Below, in pieces: positions 39,762 to 51,339 of a stretch of DNA of 64,000 bases. Under the pieces are notes generated by a model, which was given only the letters and a program-made list of their open reading frames with translations, did no database searches and was not told the DNA's origin. The stretch's first letter is position 1. The number at the start of each line of letters is the position of its first letter. The position numbers and the translations under genes are program-made. Location: the NCBI GenBank assembly GCA_013239625.1, contig MU053652.1, forward strand, positions 3,102,001 to 3,166,000. Direction: 5' to 3'. This DNA comes from Lama guanicoe. Its lineage: Eukaryota.

Positions 39762-42700
39762 CCTTGGGATTTTCATGTACAGGATCATGTCATCTCGGAA
39801 CAAAAATGGCTTCATATCTTCCTTTCCCAACTAGATGTTTTTTTATTTCTTTTTTTGCCTAATTGTACCATCTTGAACCTTCAGTACAATGCTGAGTAGA
39901 AGTGCTGAGCATATACCCTTACCTTGTCCCGCTAAAGGAGAAAGCATGAAACTTCATGTTAATGCGATTTTCTGAAGATGCCCTTTATCAGCTGAGGGCA
40001 TTTCCTTCAATCTCTAGTTTTTTGAGAGTATTTATCATGAGTGGATGTTAGATTTTTGTTGATTGCTTTTTCTTCATTTGTTAAAATGATCATGTGGATT
40101 CTGTCCTTTATATTGTTAATTTGGTATGTAACATAAATTGATTTGTTGATGTTAAATTAATTTTGCATTCCTGGGATAAATGCTACTCAATTATGGTATA
40201 TAATTCTTTTTATGTATTGGTGGATTCAGTTTGCTGATGTTTTGTTAAGGAATTTGTATGTCTATGTCAGGAGGAATATTGGTCTGTAGTTTTCCTGTGA
40301 AAATTTGTCAGTCTTTGTTATCCAGATAATACTGGCATCACATCATTAATTGGGAGATAGTATACCCTCCTCATTTATTTTATGAAAGAGTTTGTGAAGG
40401 ATTGGTATTATTTCTTTACATAGTTGGTAAAATTAGCCAGTGAAGCCATTGGGACCTGTTTGTTTGTTTGTTTGTTTGTTTTTGTTTTTTGAGGAAAGAT
40501 TTTAAATAACTCATAAGTCTGTTTAGATTCTGTATTTCTTTGTGAGTCAACTTTAGTAGTTTGGTATTTCTAGAGATTTTTTGATTTCATCTAAGTTATC
40601 TAATTTGTTGGCGTATTGTTGTTTATAATATTCCTTTTTAATCATTTTAATTTCTTTAGGGTCAGTAGTGTTGTCCCCTTTTTCATTCCTGATTTTGGTG
40701 ATTTGTATTCTTTTTTATCTTGCTTAGTCTAGCTAAAGGTTTGTCAATATTGTTGAATTTTTTCAAAGAACTAACTTTGAGTTTCATGGATATTTTAAAA
40801 ATTATTATTTTTCTGCACTTTAGTCCATTGATCTCTGCTCTGATATTTTTGAATTTACTTTCTTCTTGTTATGGGCTTGGTTTAACTCTTCTTTCTCTAA
40901 TTTCTTTGTTGTGGAAGCTTAGATTATTGATTTGTGACCTTCTTTTCTGGTATAGGTATTTACAGCTATAAATTTCTCTCCAAGAATTGCTTTAGTTACA
41001 TCTCACAAATTTTGATATATTGTGTTTTTGTTGTCATTTGGTTTCAGATATTTTCTTGTTTTCCATTTGGTTTATTCTTGATCCATGGCTTACTTAGAAA
41101 TACGTTCTTTAACTTCCATATATTTGGGGATTTCTCTGTTTTATTTTATGTTGTTGATTTATAATTTAACTCAGTTGTGGTTGGGGAACATGCTTGGATG
41201 ATTTGTCTTTTTAAATGTATTGAGATTTGTTTTATGACTAGGATTTAATCTGTCCTTGAGAACTGTCCATATGGACTTGAAACGAATGTGTATTTTACAG
41301 TCACTGGGTTGAATGTTGTAGGTTGAGTTGCGTGATTAAGTTGCTCAAGTCCTCTATATCCTTGATGATTTTCTGTCTAGTTCTCTCAAATATTGGGTAG
41401 GTATAGACATCTCCAACTATTATTGTTAAATGGTCTGTTTTTCCTGTCATTTTGTCAAGTTTTGTTTCATGTATTTTGATGCTCTGTTATTAAGTATGCA
41501 TTTATCATTGTTATATCATCCTGATGTTTTGATTTTTCTCATTATGAAGTATCTCTTTTTGTCTGGTGTAATATTTTTATCTGAAATTCTATTTATCTGT
41601 ATTAAAATAACCACTCCTGTTCTCTTAGGATTACTGTTTGCATCACATATCTTTCATCATTTCACTTTCATCCTATTTATATCTTTGAATCTAATGTGTA
41701 GCTTTTGTAGACAGTACATCTTGCTTTTTTATCCAGTCTGGCAATCTCTATCTTTTGGTTGGGGTGTTTATACCACTCACACTTAATATAATTATTGATA
41801 TTTTTGTATTTACCTTTTCCATTTTGCTCTTTGTTCTGTATAAGTTTCTTGTCTTTTTGTCCCTTTCTTCCTCTTTACTGCCTTCTTTTGTGTTAAATAA
41901 ATGTTTTCAGTGTGTCATTTTAATTTCTCTGTCAGTATTTTTATTTTTAAAAAGTTGTTTCTCTAAGGATTAGAATATGCATTTTAACTTACCACAGTCT
42001 ACTTCAGATTAAGACTAAATTAGTTTTAGTAAAATGTACAATCTTTGCTCTAGTTAGTTCTGATCTCTCCACACTCCTCTTTGTTATTATTGTCATGTAT
42101 ATTATGTGTATGCATTATAAATCCAACAATGCAGTGTTATAATTACTGCTTTATACAATTTTATGTCATTTAAAATAATTAAGAAATGAAAAAAATTATT
42201 TATAGATTCATTTATATCAACTCACATATTTACCATTTCTAGTGCCCTTTTTTCTCCTTGATTATTCATGCCATTGTTTGGAGTCAGTCTTTCAGTCTAA
42301 CACACTTTCTTTATTATTTTTTATAAATCAGGTATGTTAGCAATGCATTCTCTCAGTCATTGCTTATCTAGAAATGTCCTTTTTTAGCCTCCATTTTTAG
42401 AGGATAGTTCTGTTGGGTAGAGAATTCTTATTTTTTAATTTCAGTTCTTTGAATATGGCATTCTCTATTCTGTTGTTCCAGGTGAAAAATCAGCCATTAA
42501 TTGTATTGATTCTCCTCTGTACAGTGTGATGAGTATCTCTTATCTTGCTGCTGTCAAGATTTTCTCTTTGTCTTATGCTTTCATCACTGTGACTTACGGT
42601 GTGTCTCTGTATGAGTCTTTTTTTATTTATCCTATTGGGATTTGTTGAGATTCTCAAGTACGTAGATTAATGGCTTTTTAAAAATCAAATTTTGGAAGTT

Positions 42701-42930
42701 TTTGACCATTATTTCTCCAGATATTCCTTTTGTCCCATTGCCTCTTTCCTTCTGGGACTCCTATCAAATACTGGCATACTTGGTCATATTGCACAGGTCT
42801 CCAAGACGCTGTTTTGTTTTCTTCATTCTTTTTTTTTTTAATCTCTCAGCTGAATTACCTCATTTTACCTATCTTCAGGTTTACTGAGTTTTTTCTACTG
42901 TGAATGCAAATTAACTATTGAATTGTAGAT
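38960..42930 (-). mobile_element. Old antisense L1 ORF2/ORF1 fragments
   Basis: gagaagattgtgtgttctgctgttgttggg; ctagctaaaggtttgtcaat; ttgctgctgtcaagatttttctctttgtc. Confidence 0.8.
39718..39760. repeat. (TG)n microsatellite
   Basis: About 21 perfect units read directly. Confidence 0.98.
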
Positions 42931-42964
42931 TTGAAAAAAATTTTTCATTGTTTCCAAACTCTCT

Positions 42965-45900
42965 TTTTTTAAATTGAAGTATAGTTGATTTATAATATTG
43001 TATTAGTTTTAGGTGTACAAAGAAGTGATTTAGTTATATGTATGTATATATATTTTAGATTATTTTTCATTGTAGGTTATTGCAAGATACTGAATATTGT
43101 TGTCTGGGTTATATGGTAAATCCTTATTGCTTATGTGTTTTATTTCTGTATAGTAGTGTATACCTGCTTATCCCTTAATCTTAATTTATCCCTACTCCCC
43201 CTTTTCCCTTTAGTAAACATAAATTTATTTTCTGTCTGTTTCTATTTTGTAAGTAGATTCATTTGTATTATTTTTAGATTCCACATATAAAAGGTATCAT
43301 ACAATATTTATCTTTCTCTGTCTGACTTACTGCACTTCCTGCACTTAGTATGGTATTCTGTAGGTCCATCCATGTTGCTGCAGATTCTTTTTTATGACTG
43401 AGTAATATTCCATTATATCTGTATGTCTTGCATCTTTATCCATTCATCTGTTTATGGACGCTTAGGTTGCTTCCATGTCTTATCTATTGTGAACAGTGCT
43501 GCTATGAACATTGGGGTGCATGTATCTTTTTGAATTAAAGTTTTTGTCATTTTTAGATATATGCCAGGAGTGGAATTGGTGGATCATATTGTAGCTGTAT
43601 TTTTAGTTTTTTAAGGAACCTATATATTGTTATCCTTAGTGGTTGCCCTAATTTACATTCCAATCAACAGTATACAAGGGTTCCCTTTTCGCTGCACCCT
43701 TTCCAGCATTTATTATTTATAGACTTTTCGATGATAGCTATACTGACAGATGTGCAATGATACATCATTGTGGTTTTGATTTGCATTTCTCTGATAATTA
43801 GTGTTGATCATCTTTTCTGTATCTGTTGGCCATCTGTATATCTTCTTTGGCAAAATGTCTTTTTGGGTCTTCTGCCCATTTTTTAAGTTGGATTGTTTGT
43901 TTTCTTGATGTAGAGTTTGGAAATTAATTTTGGAAATTAAGCCCTTGTTATTTGCATCATTTGCAAATATATTCTCCCATTCCGTAGGTTGTCTTTTCAT
44001 TTTGTTGATGGTTTCCTTTGCTGTTCAGAAGCTTTTAAGTTTGATTAGGTCCCATTTGTTTATTTTTGCTTTTATTTCTTTTGCCTTCAGAGACCAAAAG
44101 ATTGCAACAATTTATGTCAGATGATGTTTTACCTGTGTTCTCTTCTAAGAAATTTATGGTGTCATGTGTTATATTTAGGTGTTGAAGCCATTTTGAGTTT
44201 ATTTTTGTATGTGGTGTGAGGGAGTGTTCTAATTTCATTAATTTACATGAGGTTGTCCAGCTTTCCCAACACTACTTGCTGAAGAGACTGTCTTTTCTCC
44301 ATCAAATGTTCTTGCCTCCTTTGTCAAAGATTAATTGACTGTAGGTGTATAGGTTTATTTCTGGGCTCTCTATTCTGTTCCATTGATCTGTATATCTGTT
44401 TTTGTGCCATTGCTGTGCCATTTTGATTACTGTAGCTTTGTAGTATTGTTTGAAGCCAGGGAGAGTTATGCCTCTAGCTTTGTTCTTTGTCCTCAGGATT
44501 ACTTTGGCAATTCTGTGTCTTTTGTGATTTCAATGTAAATTTTAGAATTATTTGTTCTATTTCTGTGAAAAATGTTCTGGGTAATTTGATAGAGATCACA
44601 TTAAATCTGGAGAGTAATTTGCATAGTATGACCATTTTAGCAATATTGATTCTTCCAATCCAAGAGCATGAGATATCTTTCCCATTTATTTGAATCATCA
44701 TCAGTTTCCTTTATCAGTGTTTCATAGTTCTCAGCATACTGATCTTTCACCTCCTTGGTTAGGTTTATTTCTAGGCAGTTATTTTTTCAATGTGATTTTA
44801 AATAGGACTTTTTTTTTTTTAAACTTTCTCTTTCTGGTATTTCATTATTAGTACAAAGAAATACAACTGATTTCTCTATATTAATCTTGTATCCTGCTAC
44901 CTTGTTGAATTCATTTGTTAGTCATAATAGTTTTTGTGCAGAGTCTATGGGGTTTTATGTATAGAGTATCACATCATCTGTATATAATAACAGTTTTACC
45001 TCTTCCCTTCCAATTTGGTTACCTTTTATTTCTTTTTCTTGTCTGATTGCTGTGGCTAGGACTTCTAGAACTAGGTTGAATAGAAATGATGAGAGTGGGC
45101 ATCCATGAATTTAGTGGGAAGGCTTTCAGCTTTTCGCCATTGAATATTACATTGGCTGTGGGTTTGTCGTAAATAGCTTTTGTGATGTTTTTGCCCCTTT
45201 TTTGTTAATGTGGTATAGCACATTGATTGATTAGCATATGTTAAACCATCCTTGCAATCCTGGAATGAATCCAGCATGATCATGGTATGTGATCCTTTGT
45301 ATGTACTGTTGAATTTGGTTTGCTAAAATTTTGTTCAGGATTTTTGCATCTATATTCATCAAAGATAGTGGCCTGTGATTTTCTTCCTTTTTTTTTTTTT
45401 TTTTGTGGTGTCCTTGTCTGGTTTTGCTATCAGAGTGTTGGTGGCTTCATAGAATGACTTTGGGAGTGTTTCCTCCTCTTCAGTTTTCTGAAATAGTTTG
45501 AGAAGAAAAGATATAAATTCTTTGTATGTTTGGTAGAATTCTTTAATGAAGCCATCTTGGACTGTGGTTTGCAGGGAATTTTTTTTTTTTAAATTCTATT
45601 TCACTTCTAGTGATTGGTATCTTCAAATTATTTTTTTCTTTTTGACTCAATTTTGGCAAACTGTATGTTTCTAGAAACTTGTCCATTTCTTCTAGGTTGT
45701 CCAATTTGTTGGCATATAACTGTTTATAATACTGTGATTTTTTTTGTTTTATTTTCTGTGAAATTGGTTGTTATTTTTCCTCTTTCATTTCTTACTTTGT
45801 TTATTTAGGTCCTCTCTCTTTTTTCATTGGTGAACATGGCTAGAGGTTTGTACATTTTGTTTATCCTTTCAAAAAATCAGCTCTTGCTTTTATTGATCTT

Positions 45901-46835
45901 TTCTATTGTTTTTTGATTTTTTATTTTCTTTCTGGTCTTTATTATTCCTTTTTCTAATTCTTTTAAGTAGTAAGTTAGCTTGTTTGAGGTTTTTCTTGCT
46001 CCTTGAGGAAGGCCTGTATCACTACAAACTTCCCTCTTAGAACTGCTTTTGCTGCATCCCATAGATTTTGTAAAGTTGTGTTTTTATTGTTGTTTGTCTC
46101 AAGGATTTTTCTGATTTTTCTCTTCGATTTCATCGCAGACTTTTTTTTTTTTAAGTTGCATGCTGTTTAGTCTCCATGTGACCATTTTTTCCCCATTTTT
46201 CTTTCTATGGTTGATTTCTAGTTTCATACTGTTAAGGTCAGAGAAGATGCTTGAAATAATTCCTATACTTTTAAATTTGTTGAGGTTTGTTTTGTGTCCT
46301 AGTATGTGGTCTAACATAGAGAATGTTCCATGCATGCTTGAAAAGAATTCTGGATTCCAGGTGTTTTTTGGATGTAGTGTCCTGTAGCTGTCAATTAAGT
46401 CCAACTGTTTTATTGTGTCATTTAGGATCTCTGTTGCCTTATTGAATTTTCTGTCTGGCAGATCTGTCCATTGATGTTACTGGGATGTTAAAGTCTCCTA
46501 CTATTATTGTATTCCTGTCAGTTTCTCCCTTTATGTCTGTTAGTATTTACTTTATTTAGGTGCTCCTACATTGGGTGTACACATGTTAATGAGTGTAATA
46601 TTCTCTTCTTTTGTTAATCCCTTTATCATTATATAGTGTCCTCCTTTGTCTTTCTTTATGGACTTTGTTTTAAAATCTGTTTTGTCTGATATGAGCATTG
46701 CTACCCCTGCTTTCTTGTCATTTTAATTTGCATGAAATATCTTTTTCCATCCCCTCACTTTCAATCTATGTGTGTCTTTCACCCTAAAGTGAGTCTCTTG
46801 TAGGCAGTATATTGTAGGTTCTTGTTTTTTATCCA
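42965..46835 (-). mobile_element. ~3.9 kb younger antisense L1, 5'-truncated in the endonuclease domain, ORF2 broken
   Basis: Ordered ORF2 remnants on minus strand: MDLIDSYRTLHP...[55 protein letters not shown]; tail near 42965. Confidence 0.93.
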
Positions 46836-46849
46836 AGCAGATTCGAATT

Positions 46850-48240
46850 TTTTGTTCCAATTATTGTACTTTTCAAATCCAGAGTTTCTGTTTGGTTCCT
46901 TTAAAAAAAAATTCATTTTAATCCCTTTGTTGGTGTTCTTTCTTCCGTGAGGCATGATGTCATGCCTTCAACTTTTAATTTCCTTCAGTTCTTTAGACAT
47001 GCTTTCTTTTACTTCTTTGAACATATTTATATTAGTTGACTTAAAGTCTTTGCTTAGTAAAGGCAACCTTTGGGCTTCCTCAAGAATAATCTCTTTGACT
47101 GCTTTTTTTCCCCTAAATATGGGCCCATACCTTACTATTTCTTTGTGTGTGTCACAGCTTTTTGTCAAAAACTGGATATATAAAATAATGTGGTATCTCT
47201 GGTAATCATATTTCCCCCTTCTCCATCCTCAGAGTTTATTATTGTTGCTGTTGTTGTTACTGTTTGTTTAGTGACTTTTCTTGACTAATTCTGCCATCCT
47301 TATCTTTATCTTTATCTTTATCTTTATCTTTATTCTCCATCATGTATGGCCACTAAAATCTCTGCATGATTAGCTGAATCTTCAGATAATGATTTGACAG
47401 ATTTTCTTAAATGCTTTTGACCAACATGTCTTCTGCTTTTTTTTCCCAGTGAGCACTTCGTGTGTTGGGGCATGCCTTCTGTGCTCTGGCAGTTAATAAC
47501 TCTGCCCTAGTCTTTACTTCCTACTTGTGCAGAAACTCACAGTCTAGCATGGATGAGAGATCAGAGCTCTGTCAGGTCTTTCCTGGGCATTGCACAGCCT
47601 TCTAGATCCCCAGAAATATGTTAGAAATTACTAAAGCCCCTTATAGGTGTCTCATTTCTTAGATTTTTCCTTTGAGTTTTTTTGGCCAGCCTTTTGTTTG
47701 CCACAACTAGAATCACTTCCTCTGGCAACTACAATGTTAAATAATTGCTGCTCATTGTGGGGGGTCAGATCCTGGGTATAGGGTTTTGCTCACTGAATGA
47801 CCTATGAGTCAGGTGAAGTAAAGATTAACTCCATGAATGGGGTTTTTTTAGGGAGGGTTTTAGGTTCAGTCAGGTCAAGGAGTGACAGTTCTCTGGGGAC
47901 AGGGCTTTTGTTGGCCCTCCAAATTAATCTCCTTCCTTCAGTGGCTACTAGGCTGCTGGCTTTCATAACTAGTGGAGTTCTGAGGCTGCTGGTTTCCAAG
48001 GCTACCATGAAACTGGGAAGACGGCATGAAATAGAGCAAGTTAAAACACTAGAAAGCTTCCTGTTCTTATGAAGATTCAGCTGTTCCTCCTGAATAAATG
48101 TTACTAGGGTTTTTGCAAGCCTTTGGCTAACTACTAGAGTGCTGAGAAAGTTGATTTTGAAAATTTATCCCAGTGCTCTCATTGCTTTTATGGGGGAGTG
48201 AATGTTCAGAGGTCCTTCATTTATAAATCCCGAAGTGCTT
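46850..48240 (-). mobile_element. Old antisense L1 5'/ORF1 region (probable host of the younger L1)
   Basis: Minus ORF ...LLSKDFKSTNINMFKEVKESMSKELKE, an ORF1-like coiled coil. Confidence 0.7.
47301..47333. repeat. (TTTATC)n hexanucleotide repeat
   Basis: About 5 units read directly. Confidence 0.9.
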
Positions 48241-48327
48241 CTGATTCTGCCTGTGCTTTTAACTACTATGCATATTTCCTCTGTTCTTTTTAGTATCTAA
48301 TTATGGCCTATGTATATTTATTGTCAG

Positions 48328-48461
48328 CCATGAAAGTCCAGTCTTTGATTTCATTGAGAGCTGCTTGCGAAATAAACATGAAATGGTTATTTATGAAGCT
48401 GCTTCAGCTATCATCCATCTTCCTAATTGTACTGCAAGGGAGTTGGCACCTGCTGTTTCAG
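48328..48461 (+). CDS. COPG2: COPG2 exon 10
   Basis: tcag| [44 protein letters not shown] |gttggt; 134 nt. Confidence 0.97.
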
Positions 48462-48623
48462 GTTGGTTGTATGTTTGATAGCTGGCTTTTATTTATTTTC
48501 TTACATTTTTGCTTTAAGTTCCATAGGTCTACAGGATAAGTATTTCTGAACCTTAGCTCTATATATATAGCCTTTACATTCTGATATATGGATTATTTAT
48601 TTCAGTTGTTCTTTACTTAATTA

Positions 48624-48828
48624 CAGTTGTCCCTCTATATCCGCAGGTTCTGCATCCCACAGGTTCAACCAAATCAGTTCACAGTTGGGTGAATCCTCAG
48701 TGTAGAACCTGCAGATACCAAGGGCTGACTGAACTACAGAATTTCATAAAAGAGTCTCGAGCATCCTCAGATTTGGTATCTGTTGGAGGTCCCAGAACCA
48801 GTCCCCTGCAGATACGGAGGGATAGCTA
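48624..48828. mobile_element. MER2/Tigger2-like TcMar MITE
   Basis: ta|cagttgtccctctatatc ... gatacggagggatagcta|ta imperfect terminal inverted repeats. Confidence 0.75.
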
Positions 48829-49210
48829 TAATTCTTTTTCTGAAGTTACCATTTCCCCATGTAAAAAACATTAAAATTTTTTTTACTTAGAAAAAAGTAA
48901 TTTTAATGCCTTCAGTTCTCCTTAATGTTTAAAAAGCCTGTTTGCTCTTATAACTATAAATATTCCTACTCTTTAAATCCAGACATTAATGGGTTTGTTA
49001 AATTTTTGTAGAAAAATTAATCAACTGTTTCCAATATTTAAAGTTTTTATAACTCAACAAAGAGTGATTTTTCTATTTTTTCATGTGAATTTCTGATGCT
49101 GTGATCTAATTACTTTATGCATATTTTGAATATGATTCTTTATGTACTGTATTTTTGGAAATATGATATATGATGAAATGAGCTATATTCAGTGATACTT
49201 TTTTTCCTAG

Positions 49211-49278
49211 TTCTTCAGCTTTTCTGTAGCTCTCCTAAGCCAGCTTTGAGATATGCAGCTGTGAGGACCTTGAACAAG
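49211..49278 (+). CDS. COPG2: COPG2 exon 11
   Basis: ctag| (V)[22 protein letters not shown] |gtgtgt; 68 nt. Confidence 0.97.
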
Positions 49279-49494
49279 GTGTGTGAACCTTTGCTAACTA
49301 TTGACATATCAGTGTTTCATTCAGAAACCTTAAATTGAACCATTTGGCTTTCTCTCCAAAGTTAGTGGATATGACTTATGAGCTTTACTTCTATAGCATC
49401 TCTCTTGTATTTGTGGCCTTAAGTATGGCATTTTTACTATTATTCAACTAAAGCTTATAATTCATTTCTGACTTTCAAGCACTTCATAGTCAAG

Positions 49495-50030
49495 AGCTTT
49501 ACTCTTCAGTATGATGGGCATTAGCCATAAGTGGCTGTTTCCATTCTAATTAATTAGAATTAAATAAAATTAAAAATTTAGTTCCTCCGTCATTCTAGTC
49601 ACACTTCATGTGCTCAATAGCCACATGTAGTTAGTGACTATCATACTGGGCAGTGCAGACATAGAACATTTCTATCATTGCAGAAAATCTTCTTGGATAG
49701 TGCTAGTCTTGAACATTGTTGATTCACATATGTAATTTTAAATTTTATTGTAACCACATTAACATTTTTTAAGATGAGATTAATTTTAATAATATACTTT
49801 AGTTACCTAATAAAATGTCATATCAACATGTGATCTGTATAAAATTATTAGAGATATATTTTACCTTCTGTTTTTTAATATTAAGTCTTTGATATTTAGT
49901 GTCTATTTTATATTGACAGTATACTTCAGTTTGGAGTGGCCACATTTCAAATGCTTAATAGTCACATGTGGCTGTTGGCTACCATATTATAAGTATATAC
50001 TTATACATATTATAGAGTAAGTCTAGAAGA
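49495..50030. mobile_element. Adjacent MER3-like and MER33-like hAT-Charlie fossils
   Basis: Two copies of cacatttcaa.tgct.aatag.cacatgt.g.t; acatttctatcattgcagaaa...ttggatagtgct end. Confidence 0.75.
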
Positions 50031-50237
50031 TACAATACAGGAACATGGAATGAATTAAATAGCCATCAAAGTTTTAAATGAAAGTTTAATGTAGTAGAAA
50101 ACTTGTCATAATGCAGTGGTATGTAATCGATTATAAATTAATTGTATGAACAATTGGAGGAGAGAGAAGTTTAGAGCAGCCTTTATGGAAGAAGCCTTTA
50201 TAGAACAACAATATGAATTATATTTTAAAGAGTTGGT

Positions 50238-50545
50238 ATAGGTCCACATTCCTTCATCTATAATCTTGGAGCCAGATGTGTGTCAGAATTCAGTATTTTA
50301 TGAATTTCAGGGAGCTAATGTATTGCTGTCTCTTATTTTGCATGCTAACGTCATTGGGCCTGGAGCAGCACTCCACCATTAGACACATTAATATTTCTGC
50401 TTTGTACATATGGCTGTCCTTGCTAAGTGGAATATATTAAGACTTAATTTTACACTAGTTTGGGTCATGTTTTGTCATTAAGTGAATTTTGATGCCAATA
50501 CTTTGCTGAGTTTTTAGAATTTTAGAATTGTGGGTAAAGGATTGT
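50238..50545. mobile_element. MER46C-like Tigger fossil
   Basis: taggtccacattccttcatc ... gaattgtgggtaaaggattgt degenerate inverted ends. Confidence 0.5.
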
Positions 50546-51118
50546 TTTTTTTACCAGTATTGGGATAGGCAGAGAGGTGAACGTCATCAACAAAAGCAAA
50601 GAAGCAGGAAAATGCCAGACACGTTTTAATGACCATGAGCGATCCAGTTTGACTGGAGTTTGCTTGCTTAAATATAGAAGTGTTTTCTAAGTGACAAGAT
50701 ATTAAGAGTCTGGGCAGTGTTTATCATTCTAGGCCCTGTTCTCAGAGATTCTAACATCTAGTAGAATAGCTATTCATGAACATATCTATTATAAAGAAAA
50801 ACAGGTCAACTGTAATAGAAGACAGACTTATACTGTTATCTATACTGATACTGTTACAAATGTTATAGAAACCTGGGATGAGAAAGTGCTGTGCTATACT
50901 ATGACTGGCAGGTAATCACTTATCAAATAATACATCATACCTTTTTAACTGGTACCGTTCATCCTGAAACAATCACTTTTTAACCTATGTTGTCCTATTT
51001 ACATTTTAAAAAGCCATTTACTGTAATTAAAATTTTTATTTCCTTCTTCCCTTATTTTTTAAAGTTCTGGTCTTTATCCATAGCAATTTGCTTAATTTTT
51101 TTCTTGCCCTTCGACAAG

Positions 51119-51307
51119 GTGGCAATGAAGCACCCCTCTGCTGTTACTGCCTGCAACCTAGACTTAGAAAACTTGATCACAGACTCAAACAGAAGCATTG
51201 CTACCCTGGCCATTACTACACTCCTCAAAACAGGAAGTGAGAGCAGTGTGGATAGGCTTATGAAGCAGATATCATCTTTTGTGTCTGAAATCTCAGATGA
51301 GTTCAAG
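51119..51307 (+). CDS. COPG2: COPG2 exon 12
   Basis: caag| [63 protein letters not shown] |gtaaaa; 189 nt. Confidence 0.97.
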
Positions 51308-51339
51308 GTAAAAGTTTAAATACAATCATGTTTTCTTCC

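Noticed and set aside
42965..46835. Active L1 / novel reverse-transcriptase system
   Set aside because: 5'-truncated, ORF2 shattered by stops and frameshifts, part of the RT appears deleted; an ordinary fossil.
51116..51118. AAG acceptor of exon 12 as an anomaly
   Set aside because: AAG is an uncommon but normal 3' splice site; a good pyrimidine tract precedes it and the frame is preserved.
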